Below the pieces are notes generated by a model. That model was given only the letters and a program-made list of their open reading frames with translations, ran no database searches and was not told the DNA's origin. Of a DNA stretch of 64,000 bases, positions 1 through 8,881 are shown piece by piece; position 1 is the first letter of the stretch; each line of letters opens with the position of its first letter. Made by a program: the position numbers and the translations under genes. Where the stretch lies: the NCBI GenBank assembly GCA_903868795.1, contig CAIPWR010000145.1, positions 600 through 64,599 of the forward strand, given 5' to 3'. The DNA is from an uncultured Spartobacteria bacterium. Its GTDB lineage: Bacteria > Verrucomicrobiota > Verrucomicrobiia > Chthoniobacterales > UBA6821.

Positions 1-3
1 GCG

Positions 4-192
4 ATGCTGAACAAGTTTGCAACTGCTGCGGATAACACCTTCCGAAAGGATCGTCGGATCAATATCCGGCTCTCCGAGCACGATATGGTTGGGATCCAGC
101 GTGTGGCAGCCTCCAAGGGGGTTCCCTACCAGACCCTCATCTCGGGCCTGATCCACCAGTTCGTCGAGGGGGATCTGGTTCAGAAGGCCTGA
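4..192 (+). CDS. Ribbon-helix-helix antitoxin, BrnA/CopG-like (a cognate toxin would lie upstream of the window)
   Basis: 62-aa ORF at the window edge. RINIRLSEHDMVGIQRVAASKGVPYQTLISGLIHQFV resembles the C-terminal RHH signature of BrnA-type type II antitoxins. Confidence 0.55.
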   Translation: MLNKFATAADNTFRKDRRINIRLSEHDMVGIQRVAASKGVPYQTLISGLIHQFVEGDLVQKA

Positions 193-245
193 GCCTTTTT
201 CTGTCTGCCGCACTTTTCTCAGCCAAGGCTCGGTTCTGCCGCAGA

Positions 246-296
246 CCTAACAGGCTACAGTCTAATCCGCTAAACCCCTGCCGCCCAAAGGGCGGC
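246..296 (-). repeat. Gene-3-prime-end module, copy A1: stop-overlapping hairpin plus degenerate heptamer element
   Basis: Hairpin GCCGCCC-AAA-GGGCGGC at 280-296 touches the ABC-F stop codon. In gene sense the element at 246-278 reads GGGGTTTAGCGGATTAGACTGTAGCCTGTTAGG. Confidence 0.7.
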
Positions 297-1915
297 TAGG
301 CTGTTAAGGCTTCGCGCTCATTCCCCAGCGCTCCCACCTTCTCCAGGAAGTCATCATAGGTCCCGAGATAGGGAGTCACCTTGCCGTTGTTTACGTGAAG
401 GACTTTGGTGGCCAGCTTGCGAATGAAGTGAACGTCGTGACTGATGAAGACCAGTGTCCCCTCGTAGGCGCTGAGCGCCATGATCAGCGACTCCACGGTG
501 TGGATGTCGAGGTGGGTGGTCGGCTCATCCATGAGCAGAAGATTCGGTGGATCGACCAGGAACTTCACCAGATTCAGGCGGGTCTTCTCGCCGCCGCTCA
601 GGACGGAGGTCTTCTTGTAGATGTCATCCTTTCTGAAGAGGAAGGAGCCGAGGATGCCACGGGCGTCGTTCTCTGAGAGCTCTCCATTGGAGGCCCTCAC
701 CTCGTCGAGGATCGACTTGTTCGGATCGAGCGTGGCGGCGCGGTGTTGGCTGAAGTAGCCGATCTTGGCATTCGGCCCCTCGATCCGCTTCCCTTTCTGA
801 AATTCGAGTGCCCCGGCGAGGATCTTGAGCAGGGTGGATTTACCGGCACCGTTGGGCCCTACCAGAACGGTGCGCTCCAAGCGCTCAATGGTGAGATCAA
901 GGCCCGAGTAGACCTTCCGCTCACCCTGCGAGGTGGGATAGGCCATGTGGATCTCCTCAAGAATGATGGATCGTTGGCCCCCGCGCGGAGGCTGGGGAAT
1001 CTGGAAGCGGAATGGCTTGCGGGGAGGAAGCGGCTTCTCGATCAGGTCCATACGCTCGATCTGCTTGAGTTTGCTCATGGCCTGGGAGGCCTTGGAGGCG
1101 ACCTGACGGAAGCGGTCATAGAACTCGCGTAGGTCGGCGATCTCCTTTTGCTGGTTTTTATAAGCCGCATTCTGGCGCTCGTAGCGTGCATCCCGCTCCT
1201 CGAGGAAGGCGCTGTAATTCCCTGAGTAGGATTGCAGGCGGCACTCGGCGATCTCATAAACCGTCTGGATGATTTCATCCATGAATTGCCTGTCGTGAGA
1301 GATCAGGAGCACGGCGCCGGGATAGGTCTTGAGGTAGTTTTGCAGCCAGAGCAGGGAGACAAGGTCGAGGTGGTTGGTCGGCTCATCCAGGAGGAGGAGA
1401 TCGGGCTCCATGACAAGCAGTCGGGCTAGATGAGCTCGCATGACCCAACCGCCGCTCAATTCCTTGGCTTTCCGCTCGAAGTCCTCCTGCTTGTAGCCAA
1501 GACCGCCTAGGATCTTCTTCGCCTTGGCCTCGACCTTTGGATCGCTCAGCGCTGCATGCTTGGAGGAGGCTTCGCTGTATTCCGGCGTGTCGACGGTGCC
1601 GGCCTCCTCGAGTTCTCTGAGTTGTTTTTCCAGCGCGGGAATTTCTCCGGCTCTGCCAGTGGCCACATCGAGGACGGTCTCATCACCCGTGGCCTCACCC
1701 TCCTGGGCGAGATGGCCGATCATCGTCCATTCATCGCGCTCGATCGTGCCCGAATCAGCTTCATCCTTTTTCAGAAGCAGGGAGAAGAGGGTCGATTTGC
1801 CGGCCCCATTGGGCCCAACCAAGGCGACGCGCTCGCCATAGTTGACCTGCATGTCGGCCTCCTCAAAGAGGGTTCGGCCGCCGATGGTTTTTTTGAGTTT
1901 TTTGATCGTGAGCAT
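296..1915 (-). CDS. ABC-F family ATPase (two ABC cassettes, no membrane domain)
   Basis: 539 aa. Two Walker A motifs (GPNGAGKST twice), two LSGG signature motifs, a charged inter-domain linker and no TM segments. Confidence 0.9.
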   Translation of the reverse strand: MLTIKKLKKTIGGRTLFEEADMQVNYGERVALVGPNGAGKSTLFSLLLKKDEADSGTIERDEWTMIGHLAQEGEATGDETVLDVATGRAGEIPALEKQLRELEEAGTVDTPEYSEASSKHAALSDPKVEAKAKKILGGLGYKQEDFERKAKELSGGWVMRAHLARLLVMEPDLLLLDEPTNHLDLVSLLWLQNYLKTYPGAVLLISHDRQFMDEIIQTVYEIAECRLQSYSGNYSAFLEERDARYERQNAAYKNQQKEIADLREFYDRFRQVASKASQAMSKLKQIERMDLIEKPLPPRKPFRFQIPQPPRGGQRSIILEEIHMAYPTSQGERKVYSGLDLTIERLERTVLVGPNGAGKSTLLKILAGALEFQKGKRIEGPNAKIGYFSQHRAATLDPNKSILDEVRASNGELSENDARGILGSFLFRKDDIYKKTSVLSGGEKTRLNLVKFLVDPPNLLLMDEPTTHLDIHTVESLIMALSAYEGTLVFISHDVHFIRKLATKVLHVNNGKVTPYLGTYDDFLEKVGALGNEREALTA

Positions 1916-1926
1916 GGGATTATATA

Positions 1927-1947
1927 ATCGGGAATGGGTGATGGGTA
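1927..1947 (-). repeat. Shared leader motif, copy B1 (upstream of the ABC-F gene)
   Basis: The plus strand reads ATCGGGAATGGGTGATGGGTA. It matches 63806-63826 at 19 of 21 positions and lies 12-32 nt upstream of the start codon. Confidence 0.6.
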
Positions 1948-1989
1948 ATTGGGATTCTCGCTTGGAAAGGGGATGGAATAATTCTGCGG

Positions 1990-2022
1990 CCTAATAGCCT
2001 AACAGTCTTCAGTCTAAACCCC
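1990..2022 (-). repeat. Gene-3-prime-end element, copy A2
   Basis: It directly abuts the LpxL-GT9 stop codon. In gene sense it reads GGGGTTTAGACTGAAGACTGTTAGGCTATTAGG. Confidence 0.7.
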
Positions 2023-3936
2023 TTACGGAATCGCTTTCAGTGATTCCGTGACCGCTGAGGTCACCATCTCGACGGTGATCTCCTTCATGCAGCGGAAGTC
2101 GATGGGGCACGTCCGGAGGTAGCAGGGGCTGCACTCGACCTTGCGCCTGATGATCCGGTGGGGAGGTTGCGTGACGCCGATTGGTCCGGTGAGGGCCGGT
2201 TCGGTCGATCCAAAGATCGCAACGACCGGGACACCCAACAGATCCGCGAGATGCATGGTGCCGGTATCATTGGTTAGAAGCAGGGTGCAGCTTTTCAGTT
2301 CTGCAATGAGTTCCGGGAGCGAGGTCTTGCCGCAGAGGTTCTCGACGTTGCCGGGGAAGTTCTTGGAGAGGGTTTCTCCGAGATCTGCTTCCTTGGCTGT
2401 TCCGACGATAACCCATGTGAGGTTGTGATCCTTGGAGATCTCTTCCATGACCGAGCGGTAGCGTTCCAGGGGCCAGCGCTTCGCGGGGCCGTATTCCGCC
2501 CCCGGGCAGAGAGCGACACGCACGGGACCCTGCGGTTGAGCGCGGGGAATTCTCGGGGGCGGGGACTCGCCTCCGAGATGGCGGATGATGGTCAATAATT
2601 CGTCACTCTGATGGACGGTCGGATGCACATTCCGCGATGTCGTCATCATCTGGTTCAGGAAACGCCGTCCGCGATGGATATCCCGTCCGATACGTCTCGG
2701 GATCTTCGCCAACCAGACCTCGAGAGCGCTGCGCATCGAATTTGGCAGCAGGAAAGCTGCGTCGAATCGACCGGCCTTCTTGATCAGACGTGCCACGGCG
2801 CGGGGAGAGGCTTTCGGAGGAATCTCGATCACTTGATCGACCTCGGGGATCTCTCTCCAGAGCGGAGCGAGTTTGGCAGGCGAAAGGAGAGTGAGATGGA
2901 GATCAGGGCGGCCTGATTTGATGGCGCGGATCGCCGGAGCCGCCATGCAGGCATCGCCGAGCCAGTTCGGGGAACGGATCAGGAGATGCAGGGGCTGAAG
3001 TTTCTCGGGATCCTGCTCGCCAGGAAGGTGAATCCCCCGCTTGGCACTGCTGAGGAGGAAGTTGGGGTGGGGGAGTTTCCAGCGGTTGTGAACCCAGAAC
3101 CAGTCGGCGGGGGAGCGATGGATTTCGCGCTCCAGCAATAGGTTGAGATCCATGGTGATCTCCGCAATGTCGCGTCCCTCGGTCGGCACGGGATCGCTGG
3201 TATGGATGACCCAGCGTGCAAATCCCACGGTACGGACGCTCACCATCGAGAGTAGCGATCCGGTGCGTTGGGCCAGGCTCGCTGCCAGCGGTGAAGTCGA
3301 GGCGAGCTTGCCAAAGAGAGGCATCCAGATTCCTGCATTGCCCGCATGCTGGTCGGTCAGAACGCCGACGACTCCTCCCTCCTTGAGCAGGGTGGCGGCG
3401 CCCTGCATCTCTTTCTTGCGGTCAAAGGTGTGGACGCCACGGCTGCGGCGGTCGCGGTTTACCAGATCATCCATCAGCGGGCTGCGCAGTGCCTGATAGA
3501 CGCATCCTGCCTGGCGGGGCTTCACGAACTCGGCGATCTGTGCATTGATCTCCCAGTTTCCAAAATGACTGAGCGCGGCGACGGTGCCCCTGCCATCAGC
3601 TTTTTTCCCGACGATCCAATCCTCCCAGTTCGATTCCTGGTCGAAGCGGAGTCGTGATCGAAGCTTCTCCTCGCTCAGGGCCGGGATCTTGATGGAACAG
3701 ATGATATTTGCCCCGAGATTAAGAAAATGCTTCAAAGTGATCCTGGAGGCCTCCTTGTCCGTCAGCGCGGGGCCGAAGGCAATCCGGAGATTCTGTTTGG
3801 AGAGACGGCGGTAGCTGGGCAGAATCATCCACACCAGAAGTCCGATAGCTTGTCCCAGAACGAAACAAAGCGTGATGGGGAGCAGTCGGATCAGGGTGAC
3901 AACCGATAAAGCGAGCAGATACAGAAGACGATCCAT
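2023..3936 (-). CDS. Fusion protein: lipid A secondary acyltransferase (LpxL/HtrB family) N-terminal half plus GT9 ADP-heptose:LPS heptosyltransferase (WaaF-like) C-terminal half
   Basis: N-terminal half has SHFGNWE, DQH and PADWFWVHNRWK, as in LpxL-family acyltransferases. C-terminal half has IRSPNWLGDACMAAPA, PGAEYGPAKRWP and NDTGTMHLA, as in GT9 heptosyltransferases. Start taken at MDRLL (3936); the ORF extends to 4038. Confidence 0.8.
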   Translation of the reverse strand: MDRLLYLLALSVVTLIRLLPITLCFVLGQAIGLLVWMILPSYRRLSKQNLRIAFGPALTDKEASRITLKHFLNLGANIICSIKIPALSEEKLRSRLRFDQESNWEDWIVGKKADGRGTVAALSHFGNWEINAQIAEFVKPRQAGCVYQALRSPLMDDLVNRDRRSRGVHTFDRKKEMQGAATLLKEGGVVGVLTDQHAGNAGIWMPLFGKLASTSPLAASLAQRTGSLLSMVSVRTVGFARWVIHTSDPVPTEGRDIAEITMDLNLLLEREIHRSPADWFWVHNRWKLPHPNFLLSSAKRGIHLPGEQDPEKLQPLHLLIRSPNWLGDACMAAPAIRAIKSGRPDLHLTLLSPAKLAPLWREIPEVDQVIEIPPKASPRAVARLIKKAGRFDAAFLLPNSMRSALEVWLAKIPRRIGRDIHRGRRFLNQMMTTSRNVHPTVHQSDELLTIIRHLGGESPPPRIPRAQPQGPVRVALCPGAEYGPAKRWPLERYRSVMEEISKDHNLTWVIVGTAKEADLGETLSKNFPGNVENLCGKTSLPELIAELKSCTLLLTNDTGTMHLADLLGVPVVAIFGSTEPALTGPIGVTQPPHRIIRRKVECSPCYLRTCPIDFRCMKEITVEMVTSAVTESLKAIP

Positions 3937-5176
3937 GATCAAAATCGAAGGTGATAATAGTAATGGGGCTCTTGCGGCTTCGGAAGGCAAAATCCCCGTT
4001 TCAGGGCCAATCTTCCTGCCAGGGGCGACGATCGGCATCCTTGGAAGCGGTCAGCTCGGCCGGATGTCCGCCATGGCGGCGAAGAGTCTCGGCTACCGCG
4101 TGGTGGTCTTTGATGAGGCGCTCGATGGTCCGGCCAGCTCCTGCGCCGACCTCTCCATCACTGCTCCCTTCGACGACCTGGATGCCCTCGCTCGCTTCGC
4201 CGAAGCTGTTGATGTCGTGACGGTCGAGTTCGAGAACATCCCGATCGGAGCGCTGGAGTTTCTGGAGACTCGCGTGCCGGTTCGGCCCTCTGCGGCGGTC
4301 GTACGCGTCTGCCAGGATCGCGTGCTGGAGAAGGAGTTCCTGAAGAACAATGGGTTCCCCGTGGCACCTTTTCGGGTCGTCACCTCGGCGGAGGAGCTGG
4401 GTGCTGGGCTTGCGGATCTGAATGCACCCTCGATTCTGAAGACTGCGGTCCTTGGCTACGATGGAAAGGGACAGATATCCCTGAAGCCTGGCGATGACGT
4501 TGAGAGTGCTTGGAAGCAACTCTCCGCCCCCCGCGCCGTGCTGGAGCAGCGGATTGGCTTTGCCTCGGAGGCCTCCGTGATTTGCGCACGCACTCTTCAG
4601 GGAGATCATGGTCATGCCCTCTGCTTTCCGGTGCAGGCAAATGTCCACCGGAATGGAATCCTTGATGTCACTACCGTTCCCGCAAAACTGGAACCTGCCG
4701 TGCTTCAAAAAGCGCAGGAGATCACCTCGGCAATCGCTGAAAAGCTCGGGGTCGTTGGGCTTATAACCGCGGAGTTCTTCGTCATGGAGAATGGCGACTT
4801 GATCGTGAATGAGCTCGCGCCGCGCACCCACAACTCCGGCCATCACACCCTCGAGACGACGATGACCAGTCAGTTCTCCCAGCACATCCGTGCCGTTTGC
4901 GGCCTGCCCCTTGGTTCCGTGGATCTCCGTTCTCCGGGCGTGATGGTGAATCTGCTGGGAGATCTCTGGCAATCAAGCGAGCCCGACTGGCAGCCCCTGT
5001 TACGCGAGCCCCGGCTCTTCCTGCATCTCTATGGGAAAAGGGAGGCAAAGATCGGTCGCAAGATGGGACACTGCACGCTTATTTCGACTCAAGAAGGCCT
5101 TTTGGAATCAGGGAAGAGAGCGATGGAACTGCTCGGACTGGTGAATCCCGGAGCTCAATCCGGAAAAAATCTTTGA
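3935..5176 (+). CDS. purK: N5-carboxyaminoimidazole ribonucleotide synthase
   Basis: IGILGSGQLGRM N-terminal motif and an ATP-grasp body. The start is uncertain: ATG 3935, or GTG/ATG at 3872/3875. Confidence 0.88.
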   Translation: MIKIEGDNSNGALAASEGKIPVSGPIFLPGATIGILGSGQLGRMSAMAAKSLGYRVVVFDEALDGPASSCADLSITAPFDDLDALARFAEAVDVVTVEFENIPIGALEFLETRVPVRPSAAVVRVCQDRVLEKEFLKNNGFPVAPFRVVTSAEELGAGLADLNAPSILKTAVLGYDGKGQISLKPGDDVESAWKQLSAPRAVLEQRIGFASEASVICARTLQGDHGHALCFPVQANVHRNGILDVTTVPAKLEPAVLQKAQEITSAIAEKLGVVGLITAEFFVMENGDLIVNELAPRTHNSGHHTLETTMTSQFSQHIRAVCGLPLGSVDLRSPGVMVNLLGDLWQSSEPDWQPLLREPRLFLHLYGKREAKIGRKMGHCTLISTQEGLLESGKRAMELLGLVNPGAQSGKNL

Positions 5177-5220
5177 ACACATCCGATTCCTGCTTGTCTG
5201 AAAAAATGTTGCTGCTTAAT

Positions 5221-5279
5221 CGAACTATTTGAGGAACCAATCAAAGAGCCGATATCGAACTAGCGTAACCCACGAACTA
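5221..5279 (+). promoter_or_regulatory. Three direct CGAACTA repeats upstream of moxR (candidate operator)
   Basis: CGAACTA occurs at 5221-5227, 5256-5262 and 5273-5279. The last copy ends 42 nt before the moxR ATG. Confidence 0.4.
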
Positions 5280-5320
5280 AATCTCTAAGAGTCCAAGCAT
5301 CGTAATTACAACACCGTTTT

Positions 5321-6310
5321 ATGAATCCATCCGTCCAAGAACTCGATCGTCGCGTCCAGGAGGCCAGCGCCTGGGTCAAGCCCCTCACGCAGGAAATGAG
5401 CCGAGTGGTCATCGGTCAGCAGGGCCTTGTCCGTAGCCTGATCATCGGTCTCCTGGGTAATGGCCACGTACTTCTTGAGGGCGTTCCGGGGCTTGCGAAG
5501 ACTCTCACGGTCCGTACCCTCTCCTCCTGTATCCACGCCGACTTCTCCCGAATTCAGTTCACTCCGGATCTTCTGCCGGCGGATCTTGTCGGAACCTTGA
5601 TCTACAATCCGCGCGAGGGAGTCTTTACCACGCGCAAGGGCCCCGTCTTCGCCAACTTCATTTTGGCCGACGAGATCAACCGCGCCCCCGCCAAGGTTCA
5701 GAGTGCACTGCTCGAGGCGATGCAGGAGCGACAGGTCACGATCGGAGAAGAGACCTTCAAGCTCCCCGACCCCTTTCTTGTTCTGGCCACACAGAATCCG
5801 CTGGAGCAGGAGGGAACCTATCCCCTGCCCGAGGCGCAGTTGGACCGCTTCATGCTGAAGGTCGTGGTCGGTTATCCGACCCGCAGCGAGGAGCGCTCGA
5901 TTCTCGACGCGATGGCGACCTCCTCGCCCAAGACTCATGTCGATGCGCTTGTCACCCGGGAGCAGATCCTCGAGGCGCGCAATGTCGTCAACGCGATCTT
6001 TGTCGATGACCGGGTGAAGGATTACATCGTCGACCTGGTCTGGGCGACGCGTGAGCCTGCCAATTACAATCTGAAGCTCGACGGCCTCATCCGTTATGGA
6101 GCCTCGCCCCGCGCCACGATCTACCTGACGCTTGCTGCGAAGGCGCATGCCTTCCTGAATGGTCGCGGCTACGTGACTCCGCACGATGTGAAGTCGGTCG
6201 GCACCGAGGTCTTGAGGCATCGCGTTGCCGTAAGCTACGAGGCGGAGGCCGAGTCTATTTCCTCCGAGGAAATCGTGAAGCGCGTCTTTGAGGGAATGCC
6301 CGTTCCCTGA
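5321..6310 (+). CDS. moxR: MoxR-family AAA+ ATPase
   Basis: 329 aa. GHVLLEGVPGLAKT Walker A, ILADEINRA Walker B and MoxR-like length. First gene of the Bat-type operon. Confidence 0.92.
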   Translation: MNPSVQELDRRVQEASAWVKPLTQEMSRVVIGQQGLVRSLIIGLLGNGHVLLEGVPGLAKTLTVRTLSSCIHADFSRIQFTPDLLPADLVGTLIYNPREGVFTTRKGPVFANFILADEINRAPAKVQSALLEAMQERQVTIGEETFKLPDPFLVLATQNPLEQEGTYPLPEAQLDRFMLKVVVGYPTRSEERSILDAMATSSPKTHVDALVTREQILEARNVVNAIFVDDRVKDYIVDLVWATREPANYNLKLDGLIRYGASPRATIYLTLAAKAHAFLNGRGYVTPHDVKSVGTEVLRHRVAVSYEAEAESISSEEIVKRVFEGMPVP

Positions 6311-6363
6311 TCCGGAATCAGGGTCCGCCCTGACGAGAGTCAGTCCGCTCCGACACTCCACCG

Positions 6364-7248
6364 ATGAACGACACACGGGATATCCTTCGCAAGATTCGGA
6401 GACTCGAGTTGCGCACACGCCGACTCGTGGAGTCTTCCTTTGCGGGGCAGTACCAGAGCGTCTTCAAGGGACGCGGGATGAACTTCGAAGAGGTTCGCCC
6501 CTATTCCCCCGGCGACGAGATCCGGGCGATCGACTGGAACGTGACCGCCCGTACGGGGGAGCCCTACATCAAGAAGTTCACCGAGGAACGCGAGATGACG
6601 GTGATGATCGTTCTCGATGTCAGCGCCTCGGGAAACTTCGGAAGCGTCGAGGAGAGCAAGCGGGAGCTTGCGGCCGAAGTGGCGGCGATCCTGGCCTTCA
6701 GCGCAATTCACAATAACGACAAGGTCGGCCTGCTTCTCTTCAGTGACCTGGTGGAGCTCTTCATTCCCCCGAAGAAGGGGCGCCATCACATCCTTCGATT
6801 GATCCGTGAAATGCTCTATTTCGAGCCCAAGGGACGCGGCACGGATCTCGCGGGGGCATTGGAATACATGAACAAGCTGATCACTCGTCGGGCGGTGGTC
6901 TTCGTGATTTCCGATTTCTTCACGGGGGACTTCACCCGTCCCCTGAACGTCTCTGCAAGGCGCCATGACATGGTGGCGCTTCCGATCGTGGATCCTGCCG
7001 AGGAGGAACTCCCTGATGTCGGCGTCATCCTCCTCGAGGATCCCGAGACAGGCGAACAGATCGAGGTTGATACATCGAGGCGTGCCATCACGCAAAATTA
7101 CGCAGACCTTGCAGCGCTGCGTACGAAGGAGCTGACCAGCATGTTTGGCTCGCGTGGCATCGACTTGGTTTCCCTTCGAACTGACAAGGACTATCTGCCT
7201 GTCTTGCGTAATTTCTTCGACAGGCGCGGAAGGAGGATGTCGGCATGA
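6364..7248 (+). CDS. DUF58 protein (vWA-like fold, MoxR partner)
   Basis: GMNFEEVRPYSPGDEIRAIDWNVTAR motif typical of DUF58. Sits immediately downstream of moxR. Confidence 0.88.
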   Translation: MNDTRDILRKIRRLELRTRRLVESSFAGQYQSVFKGRGMNFEEVRPYSPGDEIRAIDWNVTARTGEPYIKKFTEEREMTVMIVLDVSASGNFGSVEESKRELAAEVAAILAFSAIHNNDKVGLLLFSDLVELFIPPKKGRHHILRLIREMLYFEPKGRGTDLAGALEYMNKLITRRAVVFVISDFFTGDFTRPLNVSARRHDMVALPIVDPAEEELPDVGVILLEDPETGEQIEVDTSRRAITQNYADLAALRTKELTSMFGSRGIDLVSLRTDKDYLPVLRNFFDRRGRRMSA

Positions 7249-7832
7249 CGAATGCGCCCCAAGCCGCAGTTTCCACCCCTGGCCTAAGCTTCGCGCCTGG
7301 AGCCGTCGGACCCACTCCGGCCCCGATCCACGATATTGTGGGACCATTACCCTTCTTCTCGGGTCCTCTGGGATTGATCCTGATCGTCCTTCTTGCCGTT
7401 GGACTGATTGGGGGTGCCATCTGGTGGTATCTGGGTCGCAAAAAGGCCGTTCTAATAACACCCCGGGAGGCTGCTCTTGATGCCCTGTCACGTCTGCGAG
7501 GTACCGTCTCGCTGGGAAGTGATCACGACTTTGGGGTCGGAGTCTCCGATGTGCTGCGCCGATTCCTAGGGGAGGCGCTTGGACTCGCTGCACCGCGTCA
7601 GACCACGGAGGAGTTTCTGATCTCGCTGCAGGGATCGTTACGGTTTGTTCCTGCCGAGCAGGAGGCGCTGGCGGAGTTTCTGCACCGTTCCGATTATCTG
7701 AAATATGCTCAGGGTGAGGCGACCTCGGAGCAGCGGATTGCCTTGATCGAAGCCGCCGAATCGTTTGTCCGAAGTGGTGAAAAACCTGTCGAAAAGATCA
7801 ACCCGGAAGCTGGTGCTTCCTCGGCCGCATGA
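7245..7832 (+). CDS. DUF4381-like single-pass membrane protein of Bat operons
   Basis: One TM helix (LILIVLLAVGLIGGAIWWYL) followed by a helical domain with TTEEFL and DYLKYA motifs. ATGA overlap with the DUF58 gene. Confidence 0.65.
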   Translation: MTNAPQAAVSTPGLSFAPGAVGPTPAPIHDIVGPLPFFSGPLGLILIVLLAVGLIGGAIWWYLGRKKAVLITPREAALDALSRLRGTVSLGSDHDFGVGVSDVLRRFLGEALGLAAPRQTTEEFLISLQGSLRFVPAEQEALAEFLHRSDYLKYAQGEATSEQRIALIEAAESFVRSGEKPVEKINPEAGASSAA

Positions 7833-8869
7833 ATGCATCCATGATCATTGCCGCGGGAACATTTTTCTCCTTCGCTCATCCCTGGCTGCTTCTGGGACTG
7901 CTGGCGCTTCCCCTGCTGGCTCTGTTGCGGGGAAAGATCGGCGGAACGCCCGGCATTCTCTTTTCCTCGACACAGCTGGTGGTGGCCGTCGGCAAGAAGC
8001 GCCGCTCCCGTGCAGGAGCCGTACTCTCCTCGCTGATCTACGGGGCGATGGCCTGCCTCATCGTGGCGCTCGCACGTCCCCAGATCGGCCATACCTTGGA
8101 ACATGTCACCGCTAGTGGCGTCGACATCATGCTGGTGCTCGATGTTTCGGGATCGATGCGGGCCGAGGATTACGTGGTCGGCGACAAGCGAATGAACCGC
8201 ATCGATATGGTGAAGCGCGTCACCCAGGACTTCATCGAGGCACGTCCCAACGACCGTATCGGCATTATCGCCTTTGCCGGCCGTCCCTACCTGGTAAGTC
8301 CCCTGACCCTCGATCATGACTGGCTGATTCAGAATCTCGACCGCGTCCAGATCGGCATGGTCGAGGATAGCACGGCCATCGGTTCCGCCCTCGCTTCCGC
8401 CGCCAACAGGCTCAAGGACAGAGACTCCAAGACGAAAATCATCGTTCTCCTCACCGACGGGGCCAATAACGCCGGCAAGGTGCTTCCACTGACGGCGGCC
8501 GAGGCGGCGAAAGCGCTGGGCATCAAGATCTACACTATCGTCGCAGGGAGTAATGATCCGATCCCGTTTCCCGCGAAGCTTCAGGACGGGCGCACCGTGC
8601 TGATGGATCTGCCTGCCGGGTACTTCCCGATCGATGAAAAGCTGCTCGATAAGATTGCCCAGATGTGTGATGGCAAGTATTTCCGAGCCACCGACACCTC
8701 CTCGATGAACAGATCCTTCAAGGAGATCGATCGTCTGGAGAAGACCAAGGTGGAGGTCGAGAAGAGTGCCGATTACCACGATTACTTCGCACTGTTTCTT
8801 CTGATCGCCGCCTGCCTTCTGATCGCCGAGGCTATTCTCTCTCAGACTGTCTGGCGTCGCCTACCCTGA
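7829..8869 (+). CDS. batA: BatA-type vWA domain membrane protein
   Basis: N-terminal TM helices, vWA MIDAS motif (LVLDVSGSM) and a C-terminal TM. Overlaps the previous gene by 4 nt. Confidence 0.88.
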   Translation: MNASMIIAAGTFFSFAHPWLLLGLLALPLLALLRGKIGGTPGILFSSTQLVVAVGKKRRSRAGAVLSSLIYGAMACLIVALARPQIGHTLEHVTASGVDIMLVLDVSGSMRAEDYVVGDKRMNRIDMVKRVTQDFIEARPNDRIGIIAFAGRPYLVSPLTLDHDWLIQNLDRVQIGMVEDSTAIGSALASAANRLKDRDSKTKIIVLLTDGANNAGKVLPLTAAEAAKALGIKIYTIVAGSNDPIPFPAKLQDGRTVLMDLPAGYFPIDEKLLDKIAQMCDGKYFRATDTSSMNRSFKEIDRLEKTKVEVEKSADYHDYFALFLLIAACLLIAEAILSQTVWRRLP

Positions 8870-8881
8870 TCATCTGACCCC

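Noticed and set aside
1990-2022. Idea that the heptamer element is a three-frame stop-codon backstop
   Set aside because: In copy A2 the stop codons (TAG, TGA, TAG, TAG) fall in only two of the three frames, so the hypothesis is not supported by the sequence.
3872-4038. N-terminal extensions of both purK (from 3872) and the LpxL-GT9 gene (to 4038) that would make the divergent genes overlap by 167 nt
   Set aside because: The conserved domain starts favour the internal ATGs at 3935 (purK) and 3936 (LpxL-GT9). The extensions are low-complexity and mutually antisense. The exact starts remain uncertain.
5306-6418. 370-aa minus-strand ORF covering the whole moxR gene
   Set aside because: It lies antisense to a confidently identified AAA+ gene. 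The translation is R/G/D/L-rich with no recognisable motifs. This is a typical shadow ORF of GC-rich DNA.
6340-7593. 417-aa minus-strand ORF antisense to the DUF58 and DUF4381-like genes
   Set aside because: It spans two sense genes, has an R/P/G-rich composition and shows no motifs. It is a shadow ORF.
7709-8779. 356-aa minus-strand ORF antisense to batA
   Set aside because: The sense strand carries a clear vWA MIDAS motif. The antisense product is low-information, so this is a shadow ORF.
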